DNA from: Terriglobia bacterium
GTDB taxonomy: Bacteria > Acidobacteriota > Terriglobia > Bryobacterales > UBA6623
DNA: 64,000 bases
Reading direction: 5' to 3'
NCBI GenBank assembly: GCA_009841225.1
Contig: VXMF01000037.1
Coordinates: forward strand, 31,875-95,874
Part shown: piece by piece, positions 31,143 to 41,842 of the stretch
How positions within the stretch are numbered: position 1 is the stretch's first letter
How the letters are laid out: each line of letters starts with the position of its first letter
Position numbers and translations under genes: made by a program
Notes under the pieces: generated by a model
Told to the model about the DNA's origin: nothing
Seen by the model: only the letters and a program-made list of their open reading frames with translations
The model's database searches: none

Positions 31143-32810
31143 GTGTCGATTCGATGCGTGGTTCTAATGCTGATCGCAACGTCGTGCATTGCCGCGGCTG
31201 ACGTCCGCCCCATCCCAACTGCCGGAAGATCTGCCGTAGCGGCGCGCAACGGGATGGTGGCGGCCAGCCAGCCGCTGGCCTCGCAAGTGGGCTTGCGGAT
31301 TCTGCAGGAAGGCGGCAACGCCGTCGATGCGGCTATCGCCACTGCGGCAACACTCGCCTTGGTGGCACCCATGATGACCGGGCCCGGCGGCGATATGTTC
31401 GCCTTGGTCTACATGGCCGAGACAGGCCAATTGGCCGGCCTGAACGGCAGCGGTTTTTCGCCCGCGGCCGCGAACGTCGATTTCTTCAAGCGCCGCAAGC
31501 TCGACCACATTCCCGCCAAGGGACCGTTCTCGGTCACAGTGCCGGGCGCGGTTGATGGCTGGATCACGCTGCTGGAGCGGTTCGGCACGATGTCATTGGA
31601 GCAGGTCCTAGAGCCCGCAATTCAATACGGCGAGCAGGGCTTCCCGGTGTCGGAGATCTTCGCCGAGAACTGGGCCAGCAACAGTTCGTCGTACAAGGAT
31701 GACCCGGAGTTCGTCAAGGCGTACTACACCGATGGCAACCCCCCGAAGCATGGCGACGTGTTCGTCAACAAACCGTTGGCTTGGACGTACCGGCAGATCG
31801 CTCGTGGCGGGCGCGACGCCTTCTACAAGGGCGAGATCGCCCGCAGGATCGTCCAGCGCCTCAACGGCCTCGACTGGCCCATGACCGAGGCGGATCTGGC
31901 GTACCAGCACTCGGACTGGGTCGAACCGATCAGCACGACCTACAAAGGACACCGCATCTACGAGCTGCCGCCCAACGGACAGGGCATGGCCGCGTTGGAG
32001 ATGTTGAACATCCTGGAGGGCTTCGATCTCCAGGCCGCCGGCCACAACACGGCCGACTACCTGCATCTGTTTGTCGAGGCCAAGCGGCTGGCATTCGCCG
32101 ACCTTGGCGCTTGGCTGGCCGACCCGGCCAGGGCCCGGCTGCCGGTCCAGACCCTGATCTCCAAAGACTACGCGCGGCGCCAGCGGGAGCGGATCGATCC
32201 CGCCCACGCCGCCGAGAGCGTGGATTCGGGAGTCAAGGGCCCGGTGCACTGGCTCGACGGCAGCGGCGATACGGTCTACTTCAGTGTCGTGGACAAAGAC
32301 CGCAATGCCGTCTCCTTCATCAACAGCCTGTTCCAAGGCTTCGGCTCTGGCGTGGTCGTGCCGGGCACGGGGCTGCTGCTGCAAGATCGAGGCGCGCTCT
32401 TCTCGCTGGATCCACAGCACCCGAACCGGATCGAGGGGCGCAAGCGCCCCTACCACACCATCATTCCGGCGATGGCCTTCAAGGGCGGCAAGCCGTGGCT
32501 GTCATTCGGGGTCATGGGCGGTGACTTGCAGCCGCAGGGCCACGTCCAAGTCCTGCTCAACATGATCGAGTTCGGGATGAACGTGCAGGAAGCGGGCGAA
32601 GCCCCGCGCGCCAGCCACAGCGACGGCGGCGGAGTCGGGCTGGAGAAGGGGATCTCGCCCCAAGTGGCGGCGGAGCTGATGCGCAAGGGACACTCGGTCA
32701 AGACCTCGGGTCCCATGGGCGGCTACCAAGCAGTTCACATCGACTGGGAACGCGGCGTGCTGTTCGGCGGAACCGATCCTCGCAAAGACGGCACCGTGGC
32801 CGCCTGGTAG
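31143..32810 (+). CDS. ggt: Gamma-glutamyltransferase family protein, exported
   Basis: GGNAVDAA, VPG.V.GW, PPNGQG, autocleavage DT(V), KRPYHTIIP, GVMGG, DPRKDG. Confidence 0.93.
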   Translation: MSIRCVVLMLIATSCIAAADVRPIPTAGRSAVAARNGMVAASQPLASQVGLRILQEGGNAVDAAIATAATLALVAPMMTGPGGDMFALVYMAETGQLAGLNGSGFSPAAANVDFFKRRKLDHIPAKGPFSVTVPGAVDGWITLLERFGTMSLEQVLEPAIQYGEQGFPVSEIFAENWASNSSSYKDDPEFVKAYYTDGNPPKHGDVFVNKPLAWTYRQIARGGRDAFYKGEIARRIVQRLNGLDWPMTEADLAYQHSDWVEPISTTYKGHRIYELPPNGQGMAALEMLNILEGFDLQAAGHNTADYLHLFVEAKRLAFADLGAWLADPARARLPVQTLISKDYARRQRERIDPAHAAESVDSGVKGPVHWLDGSGDTVYFSVVDKDRNAVSFINSLFQGFGSGVVVPGTGLLLQDRGALFSLDPQHPNRIEGRKRPYHTIIPAMAFKGGKPWLSFGVMGGDLQPQGHVQVLLNMIEFGMNVQEAGEAPRASHSDGGGVGLEKGISPQVAAELMRKGHSVKTSGPMGGYQAVHIDWERGVLFGGTDPRKDGTVAAW

Positions 32811-32886
32811 CAAGCGGGCGAGCCGGCCCGCCAATGCGGCCGTGTCCCGCGGTTTCCGCAGCAGAGGCGAACGGGCCGCCGTGCGC

Positions 32887-33834
32887 CTATCGCGGGCGGA
32901 ACTTTTGCACGCGCTGGTTCTTGATCTCGCTGACGAAGACGTTGCCCTCCGCGTCGACGGCGATATGGTGGCCGAAGTTCAGATCCCCTGGCATGCGGCC
33001 GTTCCGGCCGAAGGCTCCAAGCACCTGGCCGTCCAGGCTCAGCTTCACGACCCGGTCGTTGTGGCCGTCAGCCATCATCAGCGTTCCGTCGGGGTGAAAG
33101 TCAAGACCCCACGGCGAGCCAACGTGGTCCCATTGGGTCAGGAACTTACCGTCGGCATCGAATACTTGCACACGGTAGTTCTCGCGATCGCCCACATAGA
33201 CGCGGCCCTGCTGGTCCACTACGACCGCGTGCGGCAGATCGAATTCGCCCTCGCCCTTGCCGGGCTTGCCCCAGGCCGTGATGTAGCGCCCCTCCTTGGA
33301 GAACTTCACCACTCGCGAATTGCCATAGCCGTCGGTGACGTATATCTCGCCGGTCGGGCCGAAGGCCACATCGGTGGGGCGGTTGAACAATTCATCGGAT
33401 TCCCCGCTCTGCCCGCGGCGACCGAAAACCATCCGCACGCGCCCGCTCGGATCCATCTTCAGCACTTGATGCGTGTCGTTGTCCACGGTCCAGATGTTGC
33501 CTTCAGGGTCAATGCGGATAGCATGCGCCCGGATGAACATGTCGTCGCCCCACGACCGGACCATCCGACCATCGGGCGCGAACTCCATAATCGGGTGCAC
33601 GCCGCGATGAAACACGTACACGTGCCCATTGCCGTCCACGGCCACGCCTGGCGTCTCGCCGAAACTCCAGCCGGGCGGAAGGCTCGGCCACTCCGCATCG
33701 GCCGCGTACTGGATGGCGGGAAAGTCGTCCGCAGGCAAGACTGGTGTCAACGCCCCGGCAAGTGCGACTGAGAGAACGGTTAGCCACGTGGGCAAGCTTA
33801 GATTTCGCATGACGGACCTCGACTTCAGCGACAT
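32887..33834 (-). CDS. NHL-repeat beta-propeller (peptidyl-alpha-hydroxyglycine lyase-like)
   Basis: FNRPTDVAF, DGYGNSRV, FDLPH, DRENYRVQVF repeats; signal peptide. Confidence 0.88.
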   Translation of the reverse strand: MSLKSRSVMRNLSLPTWLTVLSVALAGALTPVLPADDFPAIQYAADAEWPSLPPGWSFGETPGVAVDGNGHVYVFHRGVHPIMEFAPDGRMVRSWGDDMFIRAHAIRIDPEGNIWTVDNDTHQVLKMDPSGRVRMVFGRRGQSGESDELFNRPTDVAFGPTGEIYVTDGYGNSRVVKFSKEGRYITAWGKPGKGEGEFDLPHAVVVDQQGRVYVGDRENYRVQVFDADGKFLTQWDHVGSPWGLDFHPDGTLMMADGHNDRVVKLSLDGQVLGAFGRNGRMPGDLNFGHHIAVDAEGNVFVSEIKNQRVQKFRPR

Positions 33835-33836
33835 AT

Positions 33837-33863
33837 CCGCGAATCGAGAGTCTCGATTCGCGG
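33837..33863. repeat. Perfect 27-bp palindrome upstream of the NHL gene
   Basis: CCGCGAATCGAGA-G-TCTCGATTCGCGG (13-bp arms). Confidence 0.8.
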
Positions 33864-34204
33864 CAGATCAGAATTCGGCGAACAGCATAGCCGATTCGCC
33901 CGGGCCCCGCCACTGGACCGGCCAAAGCGGACTGGCCGGAGCCCAGCGTCCGGCCGACCGGATTAGCCTCAACAGCCCCCGGCCATTCCGGTAGCGGAGC
34001 TTGTCCCGCCTCGGCCGAGCCAGCAGCAGAGCAGTCGATGCGATCGTGGTGCGGACCGAGCGGATTCGATTGCGGCGGTCCGCATCCGAAAGACCTGGGA
34101 AGAATGTCTCCGAGGCACCCCGAAAGCTCCCAAGGCAATGCTTGGTCGCGCGTTCACATGGGATAAGATGATGCGTCCAGCCTGAATTGGATCACGGGAA
34201 CCAC

Positions 34205-34864
34205 GTGAAGCAAACCTTCCAGCAGCTTGTCGCAACGTTGCTCGTTGTCGGTATCCCCGCCTTCTCCCAGCCCAACCGGCTCACCGAAGTCGAGCGGGAC
34301 GAGGGCTACGTTCTGCTCTTCGACGGGCGTAGCCTCGATGGCTGGGACGGCGACCCCGACCTGTGGTCTGTCCGGGACGGCTCGATTGTAGGTTCGAGCG
34401 ACAGCCATCCGGTCGACACCAACACGTTCCTGATTTACCAGAAATCGTTCGACGACTTCGTCCTGAGGCTCGAAGTCCGGTTGCGGAACGGCAATAGCGG
34501 CATCCAGTTTCGGAGCGAGCACCTGCCGGGTCCCGGCTGGATCGTCCGTGGCTACCAAGCAGATCTCTCGGATGCCGGAGCACGTTCGGCTTGGGGCAAC
34601 TTCTACGAAGAAAGAGGTCGCGGCCGCAGTCTGATGGCCACGTTCGACGAGGGCTGGCTGCGGGCGAAGGATGTCGTGCTCCCCCGGGAATGGAACCATT
34701 ACGAGATCCGCGCCGAAGGCGATCGCGTGCGACTGACGCTCAATGGCAAAGTGACCTTCGAAGGCACCGACGACAGGACCAAGGCCGGCATCGTCGCGAT
34801 CCAGCTGCACTCGGGGCCCGGCATGCAGGTCGAATGTCGCAGCATCCGGATCAAGCCGCTATAG
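34205..34864 (+). CDS. DUF1080 / 3-keto-disaccharide hydrolase family protein
   Basis: LFDG.SLDGW, DF.LRLE, NSGIQFRS, GYQAD, WNHYEI, G..A.QLH. Confidence 0.9.
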   Translation: MKQTFQQLVATLLVVGIPAFSQPNRLTEVERDEGYVLLFDGRSLDGWDGDPDLWSVRDGSIVGSSDSHPVDTNTFLIYQKSFDDFVLRLEVRLRNGNSGIQFRSEHLPGPGWIVRGYQADLSDAGARSAWGNFYEERGRGRSLMATFDEGWLRAKDVVLPREWNHYEIRAEGDRVRLTLNGKVTFEGTDDRTKAGIVAIQLHSGPGMQVECRSIRIKPL

Positions 34865-35140
34865 GCGGCGGCCTAGACAGGCTTCCGTGCGCCTTGGGGG
34901 CCACTGTTGGCCCAACAAGCCCCCGATCACTAGCCCAGAGGCGACTGTCGGCGTGCCGCCGGCAGAGCCCGAAGCAAAGTCCCACCACTAGGCCGCAGTG
35001 GCTTGATTCAACCAATACCGTCTCGGGCTGCCCCCGCGCGCTTCACCCAAGTGCACGACGGCAACGCGAGCATTCCGGCACCAATGGGAGGTTCCGATCC
35101 TGACGACCCTACGGTCGGCGGGATTAGAGTTCGGAGTCGA

Positions 35141-35350
35141 CTAGGCGAGCGCGACGTTCTCGGCGCGGGGTCCCTTCGGGCCCTCGCCGACCGTAAACGT
35201 CACGTTATCGCCTTCGCGCATGGAATTGAATGGCGTGTCCGTGCATGCGGAGTGGTGGAAGAAGTACTCGGTGCCGTCGGATGCCGCGATGAAGCCGAAG
35301 CCCCTATCCGTGATCCGCTTGATCGTGCCGGTGCCGGTGGTGGGTGTCAT
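35141..35350 (-). CDS. Cold-shock domain protein
   Basis: GTIK....RGFGFI, FFHHS, KGPRAENV; RBS AAGGA. Confidence 0.95.
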   Translation of the reverse strand: MTPTTGTGTIKRITDRGFGFIAASDGTEYFFHHSACTDTPFNSMREGDNVTFTVGEGPKGPRAENVALA

Positions 35351-35520
35351 GTGTGAGTCCTTTGACTATGGTCTGCAGGAATAGACCGTGAACGCACCGA
35401 GGCATTGTCAGGTTGATGATGACAGTGCGCTCAGTGTCCTGATGAGGCCGCGCGGCCTACTGTAACTGCTTTGGTGAGGATTGGAGAGCCAGCGCCAAGT
35501 CTCAAGAAAGTAGTCACTTG

Positions 35521-35550
35521 AGCATACCACCCTTCCACCGCCTTGACCAA
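35521..35550 (-). promoter_or_regulatory. Putative sigma70 promoter of the csp gene (long 5' UTR)
   Basis: Minus strand TTGGTC-N18-TATGCT with extended TG; about 165 nt upstream of the ATG. Confidence 0.5.
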
Positions 35551-35695
35551 AGATAGAAGCCCGCTTTGTCACAGTTGTCTAGAAGTGAGCCCTTTTCCCG
35601 TCGTTTAGGAACGAGCCTTCTAGGGTGTCTTGGGGAGGGGCGAAGCTGGTGTGTAGACCGGGCGGATAGGTGGCACGACTGTAGCCACGACTCGG

Positions 35696-37192
35696 TTGCA
35701 GTCGTCCACTGGTAGAATCGATACCCGCATGATGCCCCTTTTCTTGCACCTTCGAACCGGGCGCGTGGCCGCTTTCTCAGTTCTCGTGCTCAGCGTCATT
35801 GGATGCGCCGCTCCCGAGCAACCGGCCGATCCCCGCCCCAACTTCGTGCTGGTCATGGCCGACGACATGGGGTGGGGCCAAACCGGCTACTACAACCACC
35901 CCGTCCTGAAGACTCCGCAGCTTGACGCCATGGCTGCGGCCGGATTGCGGTTCGACCGGTTCTACGCCGGCGCGCCGAACTGCTCGCCCACGCGCGCCAC
36001 CGTGATGACGGGCCGGACACACGATCGCACAGGTGTCGTGGACCACGGCTTTGCGCTGCGGCGGCAAGAGCGGACGATCGCCCGCGCCTTGGACGAGGCA
36101 GGCTATGCCACCGGACACTTCGGCAAGTGGCACCTCAACGGGCTGCGGGGCCCGGGCGTGCCGATTCTGGCAGAGGACGCGCACAACCCCGGGGTGTTCG
36201 GGTTCGATACGTGGCTTTCGGTAACGAACTTTTTCGAGCGCGACCCCCTCATGAGCCGCGAAGGCCTGTTCGTCCAGCACCAAGGAGATTCGTCTGAGGT
36301 GATCGTCGCTGAAGCGCTGAGCTTCATGCGGCGACAGGTCGAGCAGTCCAACCCGTTCTTCGCGGTGATCTGGTACGGCACCCCCCACTCCCCGTGGATC
36401 GCTTCCGAGGAGGACAGGGCGGCTTTCGCCAACTTGGACGAAAACTCCCAGCATCACTACGGTGAGTTGGTCGCCATGGACCGCAGCATTGGCGCGCTGC
36501 GCGCTGGCTTGCGAGAGCTGCAGGTCGAGCGCAACACCGTGCTTTGGTTTACCAGCGACAACGGCGGCCTGCCTCGGATCGAACCGGGAACGGTCGGCGG
36601 CTTGCGTGGATTTAAGGGCAGCCTATACGAGGGCGGCATCCGAGTGCCCGCGATTATCGAGTGGCCGGACGGTATCCAGCAAGCCCGTGTCACCGAGTTC
36701 CCGGCAGTCACGATGGATATCTTCCCCACCGTCTCGGCTATAGCGGGCCTGCCCCCGACGGCGGCGCTACAGCCCCAGGACGGAATCGACTTGCAGCCCC
36801 TGTTCGCGAGCGAGGAGGGGACGCGCGACACACCGATCGGATTCCGTCACCTTGGGAAGATCGCCTTGATCGACAACGACCTCAAGATCGTCAGGAACGA
36901 CGCAGATAGCGAATCTTACGAGGTCTTCGAACTGGCCGCCGACCCGAATGAAACCACCGACATCTCGGCGGAGCGGCCGGACGAGGCGGCCCGGCTGCGC
37001 GAAGCCTTGGAGACATGGAATGCATCAGTGGAAGCCAGCGCCAACGGTGCGGACTATCCCGATGGGGACTTCGAGAGCAAGGAGTCGGAGCGTCACTGGT
37101 GGATGACGCAGGACGGGTACGCGCCCTATATCGACGAGTGGCGAGGCCGGCCGGAATACGTGCAGTACATCGAGCGCGCACTCGGTCCGTGA
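35696..37192 (+). CDS. Sulfatase (possible lipoprotein; start about 35729)
   Basis: PNFVLVMADDMG, CSPTRATVMTGR, GKWHL, SDNGG, YEGG.RVP. Confidence 0.92.
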   Translation: MQSSTGRIDTRMMPLFLHLRTGRVAAFSVLVLSVIGCAAPEQPADPRPNFVLVMADDMGWGQTGYYNHPVLKTPQLDAMAAAGLRFDRFYAGAPNCSPTRATVMTGRTHDRTGVVDHGFALRRQERTIARALDEAGYATGHFGKWHLNGLRGPGVPILAEDAHNPGVFGFDTWLSVTNFFERDPLMSREGLFVQHQGDSSEVIVAEALSFMRRQVEQSNPFFAVIWYGTPHSPWIASEEDRAAFANLDENSQHHYGELVAMDRSIGALRAGLRELQVERNTVLWFTSDNGGLPRIEPGTVGGLRGFKGSLYEGGIRVPAIIEWPDGIQQARVTEFPAVTMDIFPTVSAIAGLPPTAALQPQDGIDLQPLFASEEGTRDTPIGFRHLGKIALIDNDLKIVRNDADSESYEVFELAADPNETTDISAERPDEAARLREALETWNASVEASANGADYPDGDFESKESERHWWMTQDGYAPYIDEWRGRPEYVQYIERALGP

Positions 37193-37360
37193 AACTAGCA
37201 AGACCGCCGTCTGCGGCGCCCGCGGTGGTGAATGCGCAATGATCTCGCCCGGCGTGTCAGGAGCCGGTCTCACGAACGGGCGGAGGCCAACACCACTGCC
37301 GCTGCGCGCCGGGCCGCCGGGCACGGGGAGCTATGCGACATGTACGGTGGGAGTGCGCAG

Positions 37361-37801
37361 ATGCGGAACCGCCGCAACGCGGTGATCGCCTGCCTCGCCG
37401 GAGTTGCGGCTGCGCTATTGATCGTAGGTGCGGTAAGCGGAACCTTCATTCGCCACGTCGTCCAGATCGTGCCAGTTGCCGTTGCGCTCGTCGCCGTGAG
37501 GGAACGGCCTGCGTGGGGATCGCACGCCGCGCTGCCAATTTTCGCTTGGTGGCTGTTCATGATGGTGCTGGTCTGGCTGTATCTCGCGGGTGTGCCGATG
37601 TTCTTCGACGGAGACTTCACGCTCACCGAAATCGTGCTGACGGTCCTAGTCTCCCTGTTCTGCGTGCTGGGACTGCTTGCCTGCATGCGCCTAAAGTCGA
37701 CGTCGAGCATCGCCAACCGCCTGCTGGCGGTTGCCGTTTTCGGCGCTTTCCAGTTCGCCATGATGTGGGCGAGTTTTCTGCGGCCGTTCGTCAACCGGTG
37801 A
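37361..37801 (+). CDS. Hypothetical integral membrane protein
   Basis: About 5 hydrophobic segments; GC3-biased codons. Confidence 0.6.
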   Translation: MRNRRNAVIACLAGVAAALLIVGAVSGTFIRHVVQIVPVAVALVAVRERPAWGSHAALPIFAWWLFMMVLVWLYLAGVPMFFDGDFTLTEIVLTVLVSLFCVLGLLACMRLKSTSSIANRLLAVAVFGAFQFAMMWASFLRPFVNR

Positions 37802-38343
37802 CCCTTCGCAGACGCCGCGGTCCGATTGGGATGCCGTGTCCAACGGCGTCGAACGCGAGGCCACGCACGGGAGCCCTGGGTCCGCGAGTAGGCAGAGCAG
37901 CGGACAATCGGCGACGCCGGCCCGGGCCGCCCGAGCCGAATCGGTCCGTGGAAGGCGTGCGAGATCAAACCATACTGGCGGTGACGACTAGCGACTCGCA
38001 CTGGAACCCGTCCACATGGAGGTCCCCTGTCCGGTTTCGAAGGCCAGCTGCACGTCGCTGCAATCCCCGTGGGCGGGTTTTCGTTCGAGCGGCAACTCCC
38101 CGGACCGCAAACTCACGTCAATGGGCCCAGCACCCAGCCATTTTCGATCTGATCGCTGCCAGCGGGTCGGAGAGCTCACGGAAGGCGGAGCACTCCAGAG
38201 TCTCCGCGCACCCCGCCTCCAGCTCGGCCGAGCCGTCCCCGGCGGAAGCCGGGGACAAGGCGGGAATTCCCATGTGGCAGAATAGGGCGGCCTCGCCCGA
38301 CGGTGTCGTGAGGTGTGTCAGCTAGGGGCCAGGAGGACTCCAA

Positions 38344-39039
38344 GTGAGCAACGATCCCGAAGGAACTGGCGATGCGGCACCGGGGGGCGACGCCGGCTCG
38401 CAGGCTCCCGCCGGCAACGTGCTGAACGAGGCCGAGAAGGAGAGAATCCGGTCCGAGGAGATCCACTCCGCTGAAGCGCGGAGGTATCGCGAGGATGTTC
38501 GTCGCGAGATCCGGCGGGAAGCGAGGGGAAGTGCGACGTGGGCTCGGGTCGTCGCGATGCTGCAGCTCGAACCCGGGATTTCGGATGAGATCGCATCGGA
38601 TCCGAACAGCACGAACCAGGGCCTCGTTGTCGTGGCCGTCGCAAACGCCGTCGCTTACCTGCTGCTCTTGCCGATTGTCCTGGTCACAATCCCGGTTTCG
38701 ATCGTCTTCGTCGCGATCAACGCGGGACTCTATAGCTTGCTCTCGCGCCTCTTCGTGAGCGAAGTGCCGGAGTATTCCCATTGGTTTCGCGCGCTCCTGT
38801 ATGCTACGGCTCCTTCAGCCTTGGGGATCGTCCCGATCATCGGTTCCCTCGTGGGGGGCATCTACGTGGTCGTGCTGAATGTCATCGTGATCCGGGATCT
38901 GGCCCGGATCACAACGGGCGCGGCGATCGTCGTCTGGCTTATTGTGCTGCTCTTGGCATTGATCCTGATCGCGGCCGCAGGTCTGTGGTTGGGTCTGGCC
39001 GCATTCCTCCAGCACGTGCCAGCTGTCTTCAGTTTCTAA
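38344..39039 (+). CDS. YIP1 family membrane protein
   Basis: RBS AGGAGG; RALLYATAP.ALGIVPIIG motif; 5 TM helices. Confidence 0.7.
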   Translation: MSNDPEGTGDAAPGGDAGSQAPAGNVLNEAEKERIRSEEIHSAEARRYREDVRREIRREARGSATWARVVAMLQLEPGISDEIASDPNSTNQGLVVVAVANAVAYLLLLPIVLVTIPVSIVFVAINAGLYSLLSRLFVSEVPEYSHWFRALLYATAPSALGIVPIIGSLVGGIYVVVLNVIVIRDLARITTGAAIVVWLIVLLLALILIAAAGLWLGLAAFLQHVPAVFSF

Positions 39040-39263
39040 CGGTAGGACCAGTGCCGTGGCTCGCGGCTCCAGTGCGCCAGCCTCCACGTCCCCAAGGACT
39101 CTCTGCCTTCCGCGAGTCGGCCGTCACCTCGTCGTTTTCCTCGGCCAACACGTCCGCGCGGCCTCACGACACCCATGGTCACAGAGCCACGGATGCACCT
39201 CTTCATGCTCCTGCGCTACGCTGCGAGACGACGTTCCCACCCGTATTACCCTCGGTACAAGCC

Positions 39264-40160
39264 ATGTCCATTGCAATCGGCAACGCACCCTGCTCATGGG
39301 GCGTCGAGTTTCCCGACGCCCCGTCGAATCCACCGTGGCAGCAGGTGCTTGACGAAGCCAGCCAAGCCGGGTATTCCGGAATCGAGCTCGGACCGGTCGG
39401 CTACGTTCCTGAAGACCCCTCCCTGCTAGCGGACAATCTGGCCGAACGCGGTCTCGTGCTGACGGCCGGAGTGGTGTTCCGCCCGTTCCACCAAGCTGAT
39501 GTCTGGGAGGAAGTGCAGCAGGCTGTACATCGCACCTGCCGCATGCTCGAGCCCTTGGGCGCCCAGCAGGTGGTCTTCATCGACAGCCTGTCGCCCGTGC
39601 GCTCGAACTACGCGGGAGATCCCGCCCGAGCGCCGCGCCTCGAGCCGATCGAGCTCTCCGGTCTTCACGAACGCATTCGCACATCTGCCCGCGTTGTCCG
39701 CGAAGAATACGGATTGACTGCGTGCATGCACGCCCATGCGGGAGGCTGCGTGGAATTCGCGGACGAACTGGAGCAGGTCATGGACGCGATCGACGAGCGG
39801 CTACTCGCCCTGTGCCTCGATACGGGCCACTCGCTGTACGCCGGTTTCGATCCCGTCGCCACCTTCCGGCGCTATGCCGCCCGCACCAGCTACATCCATA
39901 TCAAGGATCTCGACATTGGCATCCTGCAACAGTGTGTCGAACGCCGAATCGGATTCTACGAGGCCTGCAACCGGGGCGTGTTCTGCCAACTGGGACGTGG
40001 CGATGTGGACTTCGCGGCGCTCAAACTCGCCATGGAAGAGGCCGGCTACGAAGGATGGGGCACCGTCGAGCAGGATCGCGGCCCTGACACGAAGACTACC
40101 GCGCTCGAGGATGCCCAGGCCAACATCGCGTTCCTGCGGTCCGTCAAGCTGGCCGCCTAG
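39264..40160 (+). CDS. iolE: IolE-like myo-inosose-2 dehydratase (AP endonuclease-2 TIM barrel)
   Basis: IGNAPCSWGVEF, GIELGP, H.HAG, CLDTGH, HIKD, VEQD; adjacent to iolD. Confidence 0.75.
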   Translation: MSIAIGNAPCSWGVEFPDAPSNPPWQQVLDEASQAGYSGIELGPVGYVPEDPSLLADNLAERGLVLTAGVVFRPFHQADVWEEVQQAVHRTCRMLEPLGAQQVVFIDSLSPVRSNYAGDPARAPRLEPIELSGLHERIRTSARVVREEYGLTACMHAHAGGCVEFADELEQVMDAIDERLLALCLDTGHSLYAGFDPVATFRRYAARTSYIHIKDLDIGILQQCVERRIGFYEACNRGVFCQLGRGDVDFAALKLAMEEAGYEGWGTVEQDRGPDTKTTALEDAQANIAFLRSVKLAA

Positions 40161-40166
40161 CCGCGC

Positions 40167-41789
40167 TCACTGCGCTAGCAGGACATAGCACGCGATCGTG
40201 GCGAAGCAAACGAACCCGCCCATGGCCTTGGCATGCCTCCAGGGTGTCATGTTGACTCGGGCCGCAGCCAGCTCTTGGTGGCGGCTCTGCGCTGGCCGGA
40301 ATCGGCTGGCGGCGAGCATGAAGGCAACGACCACGACGAAGACAAGGCCGAGAAAGTGGAGGAAGTGGATCTCGTCGCCGATGCCGAACAGGCCTTGCAA
40401 GAACGCTTGTACCGGGCCGTCGAACGTGAAGACGAGCAGGAAAAACAGAACCGGTCCGCCCACTAGGCTCGCCTTGGCGGAAAACGCGGACACCTTGGGG
40501 TACAGCATCCCTAGCAGGATGACCGCCAGCATCGGGCCGAAGACGGTCGCGTTGATCCGCTGGAGGTAGTTGTACAGGCTACCGGAAGTGTCGAGCATTG
40601 GCGCGATGAGCATGGCGCCTATGGCCAGCACGACACTGCATGTGCGTCCGGCCACCACGAACTGGCGCTGCGACGCGTCGGGCCGGATGATTGCGCCGTA
40701 GATATCGCGGCAGAAAAGCGTTGCCGACGAGTTCAGGACGCTGTTGAAGGTGCTTAGCACGGCGCCCACCATTACGGCGGCGAAGAACCCAGCCAGCCAG
40801 TCTGGCAGGACCGCCTTCACCAGCGTCGGGTACGCCAGCATGTAATCCTCTGGACCCAGCGTGTCCTTAAACATGTGATACGCGATCACCCCAGGCAACA
40901 CGATCACCAGCGGGCCGAGAAGCTTGAAGCAGGCCGCGATCAGCATGCCCTTCTGGCCTTCCTTGAGATTCTTCGCGCCGAGCCCGCGCTGCAGGATCTG
41001 CTGCCCAGCGCACCAGAAGAAGATCTGGTTGACAACCATTCCTGTGAACAGGACGCCGAACGGCAGGAAAGAGCCCGGCTCATCGCCGGTGATGTCAAAC
41101 TTCGGCTGTTCCGCCACATACACCGTCGCCAGGCCACTCAAGGGGTTGCCTTCGCCGATCTGGATCAGCGCCAGCAATGGGACCAGCAGGCCCGCGATCA
41201 AGAAGCCGACCCCGTTGACGGTGTCGGATATGGCAACCGCCTTGAGGCCGCCGAAGATCGCGTACAGCGATCCAAGCGTGCCCACACCCCACACCACGAG
41301 CCAGGTGACCTGTGCCTGGCTGAGCCCGAAGGTCTCCTGCAGGCCGAACAGGCTGTCGATACCGCTGGCCCCGAACAGCAACACGACGGGAAGGATCGCC
41401 AGCACGTACGAGAACAGGAACAGAGACGCCGCGATGACCCCGGTACCGCGGTCGTAGCGGGAGGCCAGGTACTCGGGGATGGTGGACAGCCCCATGCGCA
41501 GAAAGCGCGGCAGGAAGTACAGGGCCGTGCCCACCATTGCCAGGGCTGCGGTGGTCTCCCAAGCCGTGACCGCGATGGTGTGGTTGAAAGCGTCGCCGTT
41601 GAGGCCGATGAGATGCTCGGTAGACAGGTTGGTCAGCATCAGCGAGCCGGCGATGACCCATCCGGTCAGGCTGCGACCACCCAGGAAGTACGCATCCCAA
41701 GTGATCATGCGATCGTGCCGCGTCCGAGCGTACGAGATCGCCGCGACCAGCAGCGTGAATCCCAAGAAGGAGGTGATCGTCACTAACAC
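40167..41789 (-). CDS. Solute:sodium symporter (SSS, YidK-like; possible inositol transporter)
   Basis: YFLGGRSL, SLMLTNLSTEH, GGLKAVAISD, LSTFNSVLNS. Confidence 0.9.
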   Translation of the reverse strand: MLVTITSFLGFTLLVAAISYARTRHDRMITWDAYFLGGRSLTGWVIAGSLMLTNLSTEHLIGLNGDAFNHTIAVTAWETTAALAMVGTALYFLPRFLRMGLSTIPEYLASRYDRGTGVIAASLFLFSYVLAILPVVLLFGASGIDSLFGLQETFGLSQAQVTWLVVWGVGTLGSLYAIFGGLKAVAISDTVNGVGFLIAGLLVPLLALIQIGEGNPLSGLATVYVAEQPKFDITGDEPGSFLPFGVLFTGMVVNQIFFWCAGQQILQRGLGAKNLKEGQKGMLIAACFKLLGPLVIVLPGVIAYHMFKDTLGPEDYMLAYPTLVKAVLPDWLAGFFAAVMVGAVLSTFNSVLNSSATLFCRDIYGAIIRPDASQRQFVVAGRTCSVVLAIGAMLIAPMLDTSGSLYNYLQRINATVFGPMLAVILLGMLYPKVSAFSAKASLVGGPVLFFLLVFTFDGPVQAFLQGLFGIGDEIHFLHFLGLVFVVVVAFMLAASRFRPAQSRHQELAAARVNMTPWRHAKAMGGFVCFATIACYVLLAQ

Positions 41790-41842
41790 CGACAGAAATC
41801 CCCGGACGTTTCCAACTATGGCCTAGCCATGCGAGGCCGGCG

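Noticed and set aside
35439-35462. CTGATGA followed by a GGCC-GCGC-GGCC hairpin, resembling a hammerhead ribozyme core
   Set aside because: The required GAAA after stem II is absent (TACT follows), and the motif is antisense to the csp leader.
37802-38343. 540-nt gap that might hide a small gene or ncRNA
   Set aside because: No ORF with a convincing RBS, motif or codon bias, and no recognisable RNA structure.
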